From NCBI GenBank assembly GCA_044507815.1, contig JBIQIX010000004.1, positions 195,288-259,287 on the forward strand: a DNA stretch of 64,000 bases, read 5' to 3'. The first letter of the stretch is position 1; each line of letters starts with the position of its first letter. Origin of the DNA: Flavobacteriales bacterium. Lineage in GTDB: Bacteria; Bacteroidota; Bacteroidia; Flavobacteriales_F; PHOS-HE28. The position numbers were made by a program, and so were the translations under genes. Below the pieces are notes generated by a model, which was not told the DNA's origin, did not search any database, and saw only the letters and a program-made list of their open reading frames with translations. Positions 17,854 to 28,300 of the stretch are shown here, piece by piece.

Positions 17854-19005
17854 CTAGGCAGGCAGCACGCGTTGGTAAACCGCATCGAATTGCCGGGCCA
17901 CGGCAATGGCACTGAAGCGTTGCCCAATGCTGTTGCGTATGGCAGCTGGCCCGTACCGGTGATGTTCCGCTGCCATGCTGATCATGGCCTGCGCCAACGC
18001 GTTGTTGTTGCCCACCGGCACCAATATGCCATTTGCCGGGGTGATAAAAGCCTCTGGGCCGCCGCAACGCGTGGCGATCACGGGCTTGCCGCTGGCCAGT
18101 GCCTCGCCGGTGACCACGCTGAACGTTTCAACGTTGCTGTTGACGATCACCGAGCCGGCGCGCGCCATCATGGGCATTACCCCGGCCTGGGGCAGCCGAC
18201 CGTGCCAATGAACCACATCGCCCAGGTCCAACTCTTGGGCCAGGCGGTGCAGCATTTCACGGTCAGGTCCGCCACCGATCACCTCAAGTTTCAGGTCGTG
18301 CCCCTGCTTCCGCGCATTGGCCAGGGCGTGCAGCACACCGGAGATGTTCTTGATGCCGTCCACCAGGTCACCCACTACCAAGAATTGGTTGGAGGGGCCG
18401 GGGGCGGGCAGGGGCAGGTCCAAGCCGGGCACCACGTTGGGCACGATGCTCATTTCCTTGCCAAGCCCATGGCCTTCCATGGCCGCGGCCAGATGCTGGC
18501 TTACCGCCGTGGCAGCGGCGGCCTGCCGCAGCAGGAAACGGTCGAAATAACGCGCCGCACCGGATTTGGCCCGCCACCGGCCATTCAGGAAAACACTGCT
18601 TTGCTCACTGGCTATGAAGGGTACTCCCCATTTCCGGGCCAGCAGCCAGGCCATGTACACGCTTCGCGTAAGGATGTGGGCATGCACCAATTCCGGTTTG
18701 CCGCGCTCGCGCACCAAACGAGCGGTTCCCCTGGCCATGGCCTGTTGGTAACGCCGGTAGTTGATCGCTTTGCGCAAGGGCAGCACCGGACTTAGGCTTG
18801 GCCGGTAATAGCAGTGCAATTCCCATGCACCATCGGCAGTGTCCAGTTCCTCGCGGAACATGAGCGGCAATTCGGGCACAGGTGAGGCATGCACTACGCT
18901 CAACCGGTGCAACTGCGCCACGGCCAGCATTTGCTTGCGGATGAAATCGCCCAACTGCGGATCGGGCAGCCCCGGATACCATTTGGGCAAGGCAAGTACA
19001 TGCAT
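17854..19005 (-). CDS. Glycosyltransferase, GT4/GT1 family
   Basis: The C-terminal GT-B donor-binding region contains EALASGKPVIATRCGGPEAFI. The start was chosen at MHVLALPKWYP (19005) so that the gene does not overlap the tRNA-His. Confidence 0.75.
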   Translation of the reverse strand: MHVLALPKWYPGLPDPQLGDFIRKQMLAVAQLHRLSVVHASPVPELPLMFREELDTADGAWELHCYYRPSLSPVLPLRKAINYRRYQQAMARGTARLVRERGKPELVHAHILTRSVYMAWLLARKWGVPFIASEQSSVFLNGRWRAKSGAARYFDRFLLRQAAAATAVSQHLAAAMEGHGLGKEMSIVPNVVPGLDLPLPAPGPSNQFLVVGDLVDGIKNISGVLHALANARKQGHDLKLEVIGGGPDREMLHRLAQELDLGDVVHWHGRLPQAGVMPMMARAGSVIVNSNVETFSVVTGEALASGKPVIATRCGGPEAFITPANGILVPVGNNNALAQAMISMAAEHHRYGPAAIRNSIGQRFSAIAVARQFDAVYQRVLPA

Positions 19006-19079
19006 GCAGCCGCAAAGTAACGTGGTCTGCCCATGCCGATTATATTTGCGGCCCGTTTGGCGGCATGCCGACGGTCCAT

Positions 19080-19156
19080 GGTGGGTGTAGCTCAGCTGGT
19101 TAGAGCGTCGGATTGTGATTCCGAAGGTCGTCGGTTCGAGCCCGATCTCCCACCCC
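19080..19156 (+). tRNA. tRNA-His (anticodon GTG)
   Basis: Cloverleaf structure: acceptor GTGGGTG/CTCCCAC, D-arm AGCTCAGCTGGTTAGAGCG, anticodon stem TCGGA/TCCGA with loop TTGTGAT, T-arm GTCGG-TTCGAGC-CCGAT. The extra 5' G(-1) typical of tRNA-His is present. Confidence 0.85.
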
Positions 19157-19162
19157 CGGTAC

Positions 19163-19190
19163 AGCAGAAGGCCCTTTCGGGCCTTCTGCT
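19163..19190. terminator. Perfect 12-bp stem-loop between tRNA-His and the convergent CDF gene
   Basis: agcagaaggccc-tttc-gggccttctgct. There is no strong T-tract. Confidence 0.4.
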
Positions 19191-19199
19191 CGTTAGGGC

Positions 19200-20192
19200 C
19201 TAGCCCTCGGCCGTGTGCTTTTTGTCCTTCAGCACGCGGTCCAGCGTCCACGGGATCTTGCGCTTGAATGGCGCTTCGCGCACCGGGCAATCGAAGATCT
19301 GGCAAATGGTGCATGATGTGGGCGGGACACAGGGGTCCATGTGGATGAAGAACTCCACCTGCCGCCCCGAGGAGTCGCGGACCAGGTCGGCCAATTCAGA
19401 GATCTCGTGATGGCCGGCCTCCAGGGTGAAATACCAGGGAAGTGTTACATGTGCATCGATGTGGAGCGTGCTACCGTACTTGATCACCCTGAAGTTGTGC
19501 ATGTCTATCCATGCCGCCTTGCGATGCTCCTCGATGATCCGCACCAGGTCACCTGCCACGGCCATGTCCGTTTCATCCATGATCCCGCCCACGCTGCGGC
19601 GCACCATGTTGGCCCCTTGCCAAATGATGTAGGCGGCGAAGCCCACGGCGAACAGGCTATCGAGGCCGTGTATGCCGGTGAGCCAGATGGCGGCCAGCCC
19701 CAGCAGCAGGGCCGCCGTGGTCCAAGCATCGGAAAGCAGGTGCACGCCCCCCGCCTCCATGGTGAATGAGTGCGTGCGCCGGCCCCTTGAGCGCAACAGC
19801 ATGCCCATGCCGAGATTCACCAGGCCCGTGAGGCCGATGAGCAAAATGCCATCCGGGATATTGGAGACCACGTTCCCATGGATCCAGGCCATGACCGCGC
19901 GGTAAATGATCACCAGGCCCGCCAGCGCCACCATGGACCCTTCCAGCATGGCGCTGATGAACTCCACTTTTCCATGGCCATAAGGGTGCTCGCGGTCCTT
20001 TGGCTTGGCGGCCAGCACCAGGCTGTACAGCGCGAAACCACCTGCCACCACGTTCACGATGCTCTCCAGCGCGTCGCTCAGGATGGCGTTGCTGCCCGTT
20101 ACCCGCCAAGCGATGAATTTCACCGCCATCAATCCCACGCCCACTGCCAGGGCCACGGCTTGCAGGCGCACATGGGCACGGGCTTGGGCCAT
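19200..20192 (-). CDS. Cation diffusion facilitator family divalent-metal efflux transporter
   Basis: Six predicted transmembrane segments (signature SNAILSDALESIVNV) and a cytoplasmic C-terminal domain with a Cys-rich tail (CVPPTSCTICQIFDCP). Confidence 0.8.
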   Translation of the reverse strand: MAQARAHVRLQAVALAVGVGLMAVKFIAWRVTGSNAILSDALESIVNVVAGGFALYSLVLAAKPKDREHPYGHGKVEFISAMLEGSMVALAGLVIIYRAVMAWIHGNVVSNIPDGILLIGLTGLVNLGMGMLLRSRGRRTHSFTMEAGGVHLLSDAWTTAALLLGLAAIWLTGIHGLDSLFAVGFAAYIIWQGANMVRRSVGGIMDETDMAVAGDLVRIIEEHRKAAWIDMHNFRVIKYGSTLHIDAHVTLPWYFTLEAGHHEISELADLVRDSSGRQVEFFIHMDPCVPPTSCTICQIFDCPVREAPFKRKIPWTLDRVLKDKKHTAEG

Positions 20193-20256
20193 GCTGCGAA
20201 AATAGGCCGTGGTGGTTGTGCATTAATCTTGCAGCCGCAGAGAACCTGCAACCATC

Positions 20257-21426
20257 ATGAGAAAAACCCTGGACCTGTTGAACGACCTCCTGGAGAACGA
20301 GCGGACCGCCGGTCTGTTGCTGGTGCTTTGCACCGCAATATCACTGCTGTTGGCCAACTCCGCCTGGCACCATGGTTACGTGGGCATCTGGCATTACCCC
20401 ATGGCGGGCCAGAATGTGGAGTTTTGGATCAACGATGGCCTGATGGCCATTTTCTTCCTGATGGTGGGCCTCGAACTGAAACGCGAGATCAGCATCGGGG
20501 AACTGTCGCAACGCAAGCAGGCCATGTTGCCACTGTTCGCGGCGTTGGGCGGCATGTTTGTGCCGGCGGGCATTCACTTCGCCCTTAACCATGGCACGGA
20601 CATGCACGCGGGCGCCGGCATACCCATGGCCACCGACATTGCCTTTGCCATCGGCATCCTTTCCCTATTGGGAAGCCGGGTGCCCTTGCCATTGAAGGTG
20701 TTCCTTACAGCATTGGCGGTGATCGATGACCTGGGCGCGATCTTCACCATCGCCATTTTCTATTCCACCGATACCCACTGGGGCTTTCTGGGCGGGGCCG
20801 CCGGCCTATTTGCCCTTATGCTGGTGCTGAACAAGATGAAGGTGAACAAGCTGCTGCCCTACTTGGCATTGGGCACCGCCATGTGGTACTGCATGCTGCA
20901 CTCCGGGGTACATGCCACCGTGGCCGGGGTGCTCACGGCATTCGCCATACCATTCGGCGCGGGTGACGACCGTTCCATTTCCGCCAAGTTGCAGCATGCG
21001 CTGCACCGCCCCGTTTCTTTTCTTATCCTGCCCCTGTTCGCCTTGGCCAATACGGGGATCGAATTGGAGCACGACTGGTACACCCACCTGTTCACCAGCA
21101 ACGGCTGGGGCATTTTCATCGGATTGGTGTTGGGCAAGCCGGTGGGCATCAGTTTGTTCTGCGCCATTACCATCCTGCTGGGCGTGGGTACCATGCCCAA
21201 AGGCATAAAATGGAGCCAGCTGATCGGTGCGGGTTTGTTGGCGGGGATCGGCTTCACCATGTCCATTTTCATCACCTTGCTGGCCTTCGATGACCATGAG
21301 CTGATCGTTTCATCCAAGACCACCATCCTCATATCCTCCACCGTGGCGGGTATGCTGGGCTATCTTTGGTTGAATGCCGTACTGCCCAAAAAGCGGGTGG
21401 CCACGGGCCTTTCAGGCCATGTATAG
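20257..21426 (+). CDS. nhaA: Na+/H+ antiporter NhaA
   Basis: Full-length NhaA-type topology; the reading frame is consistent and of the expected length. Confidence 0.85.
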   Translation: MRKTLDLLNDLLENERTAGLLLVLCTAISLLLANSAWHHGYVGIWHYPMAGQNVEFWINDGLMAIFFLMVGLELKREISIGELSQRKQAMLPLFAALGGMFVPAGIHFALNHGTDMHAGAGIPMATDIAFAIGILSLLGSRVPLPLKVFLTALAVIDDLGAIFTIAIFYSTDTHWGFLGGAAGLFALMLVLNKMKVNKLLPYLALGTAMWYCMLHSGVHATVAGVLTAFAIPFGAGDDRSISAKLQHALHRPVSFLILPLFALANTGIELEHDWYTHLFTSNGWGIFIGLVLGKPVGISLFCAITILLGVGTMPKGIKWSQLIGAGLLAGIGFTMSIFITLLAFDDHELIVSSKTTILISSTVAGMLGYLWLNAVLPKKRVATGLSGHV

Positions 21427-21486
21427 GCAAAAGGCATCCCTTGCCGCGCACTTACCTTTGGCATCGCAACCGATAATGCGGTTACC

Positions 21487-22428
21487 ATGGAAGTAAGATT
21501 GATCGAAGCGGCCTCTGAGATCGGGGCTGGCACGCGGGGCACCAGCTTGGGCATGGGTGCACTGCGGGTGGCCGCATGGAAGAACGGCAGCGAATTGTTC
21601 GGCCATGCCGAGGAAAGCATCCTGCGGGACGAGAATGATGTGCTGTACGAGGATGACCCGCAATCGCCTAACGCCCACCACATCGATGGACTGATCCGGT
21701 TCGAGTCTGACCTGGCCTACGAGGTATACAGGTTCCTTCGCAATAACGTGTTCCCGATCGTGGTGGGTGGCGACCACAGCATCGCCATTGGCTCGGTATC
21801 CGGCACCAAAATGGCCTTCCCCACCGAGCGGCTCGGCGTGATCTGGATCGATGCGCATGCCGATATGCACAGCCCGTTCACCACGCCCAGCGGAAATGTG
21901 CACGGCATGCCGCTTTCACTGTTGATGGACATTGAGGTGAAGGGAAAGAACCGACCGCGCATGTTCACGCTGGATGTGTGGGACAGGCTGCGAAAGATCG
22001 GGACCAGCGGCCCCAAGGTGCTTCCGCGCGATGTGGTGATCATCGGCCTGCGTGATTATGAGGAGGAGGAAGCGGCCATCATCGAGGAGCACAACATCAA
22101 GGTGGTCACGGTGAAGGAGCTGCGCGGTAAGGGTGCAGAGGCCATTGTTGCCGAGGTGCTGGAATATTTGGCTGAATGTGGCCGCCTGCATGTGAGCTTC
22201 GATGTGGACAGCCTCGATCCGTCCATTTCCACGGGCACCGGCACCCCGGTGCCCGATGGCCTTTTCCTTGATGAGGCCAGGGCACTGCTCACCGGATTTT
22301 GTTCGCAACCGAAAACCGCCACGTTGGACGTGGTGGAGATCAATCCGGCCCTGGATACCAAGAATGCCATGGCGGAGAACGTGCTCACCGTCATGGAGCC
22401 GCTTTTCCACATCCTGCGTGCGCGCTGA
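21487..22428 (+). CDS. rocF: Arginase (ureohydrolase family)
   Basis: The manganese-binding motifs are closest to arginase: VVGGDHSIAIGSVSG, IWIDAHADMHSP, SFDVDSLDPSISTGTGTPVPDGL. Confidence 0.65.
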   Translation: MEVRLIEAASEIGAGTRGTSLGMGALRVAAWKNGSELFGHAEESILRDENDVLYEDDPQSPNAHHIDGLIRFESDLAYEVYRFLRNNVFPIVVGGDHSIAIGSVSGTKMAFPTERLGVIWIDAHADMHSPFTTPSGNVHGMPLSLLMDIEVKGKNRPRMFTLDVWDRLRKIGTSGPKVLPRDVVIIGLRDYEEEEAAIIEEHNIKVVTVKELRGKGAEAIVAEVLEYLAECGRLHVSFDVDSLDPSISTGTGTPVPDGLFLDEARALLTGFCSQPKTATLDVVEINPALDTKNAMAENVLTVMEPLFHILRAR

Positions 22429-22470
22429 ACCCTTGCACACCGTGCCGCATGGCATGTTGCAACCCATTGC

Positions 22471-24270
22471 ATGAAGAACAACTACCAAGATCCATTGCAC
22501 GCCCGTTTGCTCGATGGCCTGCAATCGGCCTTTCAAGCGCTTTACGGGCAGGCCCCTGCGCCGGCGGCCATCCTATTCCAGCCCACCCGCGCCGAATTCG
22601 AGGGCGATGTAACGATCAATGTGTTTCCCTTCCTGAAACTGAGCGGGCAAGGGCCTGAGCAAACGGCCACTGCCGTGGGCGCGCATCTGAAGGCGGCCTT
22701 GCCGTTCGTGGAGAAGTTCAATGTGGTCAAGGGATTTCTGAATGTAGTGGTGGCCGATGCCTACTGGACGGAATTCCTTGGCATGGCCGTGGAGCGCGAC
22801 CTGCTCCAATTCCCTTCCACGGGGGAGCTGGTGATGGTGGAATATTCCTCGCCCAATACAAACAAGCCTTTGCATTTGGGCCACTTGCGCAACAACTTCC
22901 TGGGCCACGCAGTAAGCAGGATCCTGTCGGCCACGGGCAACGATGTGGTGCGTGTGCAGATCATCAACGACCGCGGCATCCACATCTGCAAAAGCATGGT
23001 GGCCTGGCTCCGGTACGGCGAAGGTGAGACCCCTGATAGCAGCGGTTTGAAAGGGGACAAGCTGGTGGGCAACTACTACGTGGCCTTCGATCGTGCCTAC
23101 AAGGAGCAGGTTGCCGCGGGCATGGCCGCCGGGCTCACGGAGGAAGAAGCCGGCAAACAAGCCCCCATTATGTGTGAGGCACAGGAAATGCTGCGCAAAT
23201 GGGAGGATGGCGACCCGGAAGTGCGGGCCCTATGGGAGCGGATGAACGGTTGGGTATACGCTGGTTTTGATGAGACCTATGCCGCCATGGGCGTGGAGTT
23301 CGATAAGCTGTACCATGAAAGCGAGACCTACCTGCTGGGGAGAAAAGACGTGCTGGACGGGCTGGAGCGGGGGATCTTTTTCCGCAAGGCCGACGGCTCC
23401 GTGTGGGTGGACCTGACAGCGGAGGGGCTGGATGAGAAGCTGCTGTTGCGCGGCGACGGCACCAGCGTGTACATCACGCAGGACGTGGGCACCGCGATCC
23501 AGCGGTTCAAGGAATTCCCCGCGCTCCGCCGCATGATCTATACGGTGGGCAACGAACAGGACTATCATTTCAAGGTGCTTTTTCTTGTGCTGAAAAAGCT
23601 GGGCTATCCCTGGGCGGATGAGTTGTACCACCTAAGCTATGGCATGGTGGACCTTCCCACCGGCAGGATGAAAAGCCGGGAAGGCACCGTGGTGGACGCC
23701 GACGACTTGATCGCGGAGGTTGTTTCCGATGCGGCAAAGGCGACCACGGCATTGGGCAAGCTCGAGGACCTCGATGAGACTGCGCGCAAGGAACTCTTCC
23801 GGATGATCGGCCTTGCCGCCTTGAAGTACTACCTGTTGAAGGTGGACCCGCGCAAACGCATGCTTTTCGACCCCCAGGCCAGCATTGACCTGCAGGGGCA
23901 CACGGGACCGTTCATTCAGTACACCTATGCACGCATCCAAAGTTTGCTGTGCAAGGCGGATCCAGGTGATACGGCGGCGGACGCGGGCACCGCGGGTGCT
24001 TGGCTGCCCGAGGAGCGCACCGTGGTCAAGCTGCTCCACCAATTGCCCGCCGTTCTGGCCGATACGGCCCAGCGGCTGGAACCCTCTGCATTGGCCAACC
24101 ACACATACGAATTGGTGAAGGCCTACAATTCATTCTACCAATCGGTGCCGGTACTGCGCGAGGAGGATGCAGCTAAACGGGCGCGGCGGCTGAAACTGGG
24201 CCGGGCTGTGGGACAGGCGGTCAAAAAGTCCATGTGGTGTTTGGGCATCGAGGTGCCCGAGCGCATGTAG
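22471..24270 (+). CDS. argS: Arginine--tRNA ligase
   Basis: Class I HIGH region (SSPNTNKPLHLGHLRNN), a KMSK-like region and a C-terminal anticodon-binding domain. Length 599 aa. Confidence 0.9.
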   Translation: MKNNYQDPLHARLLDGLQSAFQALYGQAPAPAAILFQPTRAEFEGDVTINVFPFLKLSGQGPEQTATAVGAHLKAALPFVEKFNVVKGFLNVVVADAYWTEFLGMAVERDLLQFPSTGELVMVEYSSPNTNKPLHLGHLRNNFLGHAVSRILSATGNDVVRVQIINDRGIHICKSMVAWLRYGEGETPDSSGLKGDKLVGNYYVAFDRAYKEQVAAGMAAGLTEEEAGKQAPIMCEAQEMLRKWEDGDPEVRALWERMNGWVYAGFDETYAAMGVEFDKLYHESETYLLGRKDVLDGLERGIFFRKADGSVWVDLTAEGLDEKLLLRGDGTSVYITQDVGTAIQRFKEFPALRRMIYTVGNEQDYHFKVLFLVLKKLGYPWADELYHLSYGMVDLPTGRMKSREGTVVDADDLIAEVVSDAAKATTALGKLEDLDETARKELFRMIGLAALKYYLLKVDPRKRMLFDPQASIDLQGHTGPFIQYTYARIQSLLCKADPGDTAADAGTAGAWLPEERTVVKLLHQLPAVLADTAQRLEPSALANHTYELVKAYNSFYQSVPVLREEDAAKRARRLKLGRAVGQAVKKSMWCLGIEVPERM

Positions 24271-24312
24271 GGCGGTTCGCGATCGCACATAACGCGACAG
24301 GTCACGGCCAGG

Positions 24313-25323
24313 TCAGAACTTCGGGCAGGGCACGGCGCGGTACTTCCGGTTCTTTCCGGTGCGCGGCCATTCATAGATCACGGAGATCTCATGGGCACCG
24401 CCGCTTTTCATCGTCAGCTTGCTCACCGTAACGTCATAGCTGTACACCAGCCGCAATTGGTAGGGTGTTTCATAGCCCATCATCAAGATCACGGCATCGT
24501 CGTTCGGGTAGCCGGGCTGGTATGCTTTCAGGCCGGGCAGGCCGCGGTACCAAAGCCCGAAGCTCACTTCGCGGTGGTCCACATAGCCGCCCAGGTCCAG
24601 CTGGTCCCATTTCTGTTGTGCCTTGTAGTGCGCGGCCAGCGTCATTTTGGTCTCGCTGTAGCGGAATGACCTTCCATCGAGCGGAAAGCGGTAGCCAGCG
24701 TGCACGCTGCTGCGGATCGGCAGTTGGGCGTCGCCATCCAGATAGATGCTTTGCTGGGGGCGGTTGATGTGGTTGGTGGAAAAGCCCGCCCAAAATTGCT
24801 CCGAGTAATAAAGAAAGCCGGCGGAGAAATCGAGGTAGGACACGTTCTGCATGCTGGGTGCCTCAATGCTCCTGGGCGCATTGTCGCGGATCACCTGGTC
24901 GGCGAACAGCATGTTGCCCTGGTCGAAGGTGCGGGAGGTGTAGGCCGCACGGATGCCGCCCCTAACCGCACGGCGCCGGTTGATGCGCGCCTCGTAGGAG
25001 TAATTGAGGGCCATTTGGGTGAAGGCCAGGTTGAAGGTGCCTGCCCGGTCATGCATCACCATGCCGCCGATGCCGCTGTTGATGTCGGCCGCCCGGTGGT
25101 CGTATGCAACGGCGTAGGTTTTGTAACCAGGTCCGATGCCTGGCCACTGAAGCCTGTAATTTATGCCGATCCGGTCCTGGTGCGTGTTGCCGGTAAGGGC
25201 CGGATTGAGGTACATCGGCGCTGCATACCATTGCGACAGTTGCGGGTCCTGGGCGGAAAGCCGTGCGGTTGCGATGGCCACCACCGCAAGAAGCGGAAGG
25301 ATGCGTGTCATGTTTCGGCTCAT
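24313..25323 (-). CDS. Type IX secretion system membrane protein of the PorP/SprF family (cognate partner of the upstream type-B C-terminal-domain adhesin)
   Basis: Signal peptide plus the family N-terminal signature (QDPQLSQWYAAPMYLNPALTGN…RIGINYRLQW) and a beta-barrel-like remainder. The start ATG (25321–25323) overlaps the adhesin stop codon as ATGA. An alternative start is at 25311. Confidence 0.75.
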   Translation of the reverse strand: MSRNMTRILPLLAVVAIATARLSAQDPQLSQWYAAPMYLNPALTGNTHQDRIGINYRLQWPGIGPGYKTYAVAYDHRAADINSGIGGMVMHDRAGTFNLAFTQMALNYSYEARINRRRAVRGGIRAAYTSRTFDQGNMLFADQVIRDNAPRSIEAPSMQNVSYLDFSAGFLYYSEQFWAGFSTNHINRPQQSIYLDGDAQLPIRSSVHAGYRFPLDGRSFRYSETKMTLAAHYKAQQKWDQLDLGGYVDHREVSFGLWYRGLPGLKAYQPGYPNDDAVILMMGYETPYQLRLVYSYDVTVSKLTMKSGGAHEISVIYEWPRTGKNRKYRAVPCPKF

Positions 25324-28300
25324 CGGAACAGGGTGAGGTCGCCGGTGCGCTGCATTTCCTTGTTGTCCACAAAGCGCACCCACACTTGATAGACATAAAC
25401 ATCCTGTTGGCTCAACTGGCCCCGGTAGTAGCCATCCCAGCCACGCCGGATATCGTCGCTTTCAAATACCAGTTCACCCCAGCGGTTGAAGATCCGCATG
25501 CGGAAATTCTTAACGAAGCGGATGAATGGATAGAACACATCGTTGCTCAGGTCGGAAGGGTCGTAAAACCCATTGCCGCCGCCGTTGGGGTTGGGGGTGA
25601 ACACGTTTGGTATGGTGATATCGTAGATCGGGTTTACCTTTACCGTGTGCCCGACATTCGCGGTGCATCCATGGTCATCGGTCACCGTAAGCCCCACTGT
25701 CCATACCCCGGGTTCTTCGAAATGGTGGTACGGGCTCGGATCCAGGCTCATGGCACCATCGCCGAAGCTCCATTGCCAACTGTTCACCGTGCCGGTGGAT
25801 TGGTCGATGAACTGGATGTTGGCATGGTCTGCATCGGTTTCCCATGGGTTGGCGGTGAATGCGGCCACTGGCGGGGCGAACGCGTGTACGGCGCCTGTGT
25901 TGGCCGCATTTGCCGAGCAGCCCAGCGGGGTGGTGACCGTAAGCGAGACGTTGTAATTGCCCGCCGTATAGGTGTGCACCGGTGACATCGAGGTGCTGGT
26001 GGCGCCGTTGCCGAAATTCCAGAAATAGCTCACGGGCTGGTTGGTAAGCCCTGTGGGGAAGTGTACCGTAAGCGGGGCGCAGCCTTGTGCGATCACCGGC
26101 GGAAGGGTAATGGTGGGCGGTGTTTCCACGGCGATGTTCACCGAGCGTTGGATGGTATTGGCGCAGATGTCGGTGGCCGTTACGGTCAATGAGCGGCTGG
26201 CCTGGGCAGTGATGTGGAACGGTCCGCTGCCGGTGGCCGGTATTTGCGGCCAGGACAGGGAGGTTTGGCCCGGGTAACCCGTTACCCATGCACCCACCGT
26301 GGCCGTGCCGCCAGGGCAGAAGGCGGTGTCGCCATATGTGTTCAAGGTGGCCAGTGCGAGGTTGAGCACGGTTACCGGAAGTTCCACGATGGGGCCATTG
26401 CACCCGTTCTGGTCCGTAACGCTAACGGTCACCACCTGCGTGGCGGGGAAGGAATATTGCAGGCTATCGCCCGTGCCGATGCCTGCCCATGTGATCTGGT
26501 AGTTCCCAGCGCCGCCGGCCGCCTGCGCCGTAAGCGGCACCGGCACGTTCACGCATACGGTATCCTCCACCTGCGCGGTCAGCAGCACCGGCGTTGGGTC
26601 GGGCAGTGTTACGGCGCCCTGCACCTGGCAACCGTGGCTGTCGGTGACCACCACGGTGTAAGCGCCGGCGGTAAGGCTGTACGCGGACGAGCCCGTTTGC
26701 GAATTGGTGTTGGCGCTCCACTGGTAGCTGTAGCCGGGTGTGCCGCCTGCAGGTTGGCCCATGGCCGAGCCATTGGCGCCACCATGGCATGAGGGCGCGT
26801 TGGGTTGAATGTTCACCGTAAGTGGTGCGGGTTCGGTGATCGTGGCGGTTGCCGTGGTGTCGCAGCCATGTTCATCGGTAACCAGCACGCTATATGTTCC
26901 TGCCGAGAGGCCCGTGGCCGTGGCGCTTTGTTGCCCTGCCGCATCGTTCCAGCTATAGGAGAAGCTGTTGTTGGCGGGCAGGAATGCGATTGCGCCTGAA
27001 CCATCGCCGTGGCAGGACAAATGTGTTGGCGTGATGCTGCTTCCAAAGAAGCTTGTGGGCAGCGTGATGTGCACGGTATCGGTGGCCGGAGGGCAGGTGG
27101 GGTTGCCCGTGGTGGTGAGCACCAGGCTCACACCGTTGGCCATGATCTCGGCCACCGTGGGCATGTAGGTCACATTGAGGCCGGTACCGGAGAATTGGCC
27201 ATTGCCTCCGCCCCATTGGCCGCTGGTGGCGTTGGTCACGGTCCCGTTCAGCTGCACGGGCAGGCTGCTGAAGCATCCGATGAGGTCAGCGCCCGCGTTG
27301 GCCGCGTTGGGCTGGCCCAAGGCCGTGATGGTTGCGGTGCCTTGTGCGGCCGCACAGTTGTTGGCGTCGGTAACAGTTAGGGTGTAGGTGCCGGCCGGGC
27401 CGTTCAGCGTGCTTCCCGTTTGCCCGTTGCTCCAGGCATACTGATAGGGCTGTGTTCCACCTGTGACGGTTGCCACAATGCTGCCATCGGCGTTGCCTGC
27501 GCATTGTTCATGGGTCACTTGCAGGGAGGCCACCGCCAATGCAGCGGGTTCGCTGATGGTGACGCTGAAGGTGGTGTCACAGCCGTAGGCATCGGTAACC
27601 AGCAGGTTGTGGTCCCCTGCGGGAAGCCCCGTTGCATTGGCCGTGCCTTGGCCGCTGGGCGTCCATTGGAAGGTCAACCCCGGGGTTGCTGGCGTAAAGG
27701 TGGCCGAACCGGTGGCTGTGCCGTTACAGGTGGCGTTGGTGTGTGAGACACTGCTTCCGAAGAAACTGGTGGGCAGCGTGATATGCACGGTATCGGTGGC
27801 CGGTGGGCAGGTGGGGTTGCCCGTGGTGGTGAGCACCAGGCTCACACCGTTGGCCATGATCTCGGCCACCGTGGGCATGTAGGTCACATTGAGGCCGGTA
27901 CCGGAGAATTGGCCATTGCCTCCGCCCCATTGGCCGCTGGTGGCGTTGGTCACGGTCCCGTTCAGCTGCACGGGCAGGCTGCTGAAGCATCCGATGAGGT
28001 CAGCGCCCGCGTTGGCCGCGTTGGGCTGGCCCAAGGCCGTAATGGTCGCACTGGCCTGGGCCGTGGTACAGTTGTTCGCATCGGTAACCGTTAGCGTGTA
28101 CGTACCTGCAGGGCCATGCAGGGTGGCGGTGGTTTGCCCGTTGCTCCAGCTATATGCATACGGTGGCGTGCCGCCGGTAACAATGGCGGTAATGGTGCCA
28201 TCGGCGTTCCCGGCGCATTGTTCGTCGGTCACCTGCAGGTTTGCGATGGCCAATGCGGCGGGTTGCGCTATGGTGGCTGTAAGGGTGGTGTCGCAGCCGG

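Noticed and set aside
19080-19314. An extended 486-aa version of the glycosyltransferase ORF that reads through the tRNA-His gene
   Set aside because: The N-terminal ~100 codons overlap the tRNA on the opposite strand and lack glycosyltransferase character. An internal start at MHVLALPKWYP (19005) gives a canonical ~383-aa GT4 enzyme.
21487-24270. Arginase placed next to argS as a possible functional arginine module
   Set aside because: The two genes are separated by 42 nt and have unrelated biochemistry (catabolism versus tRNA charging). Adjacency alone is not evidence, so it is treated as coincidental.
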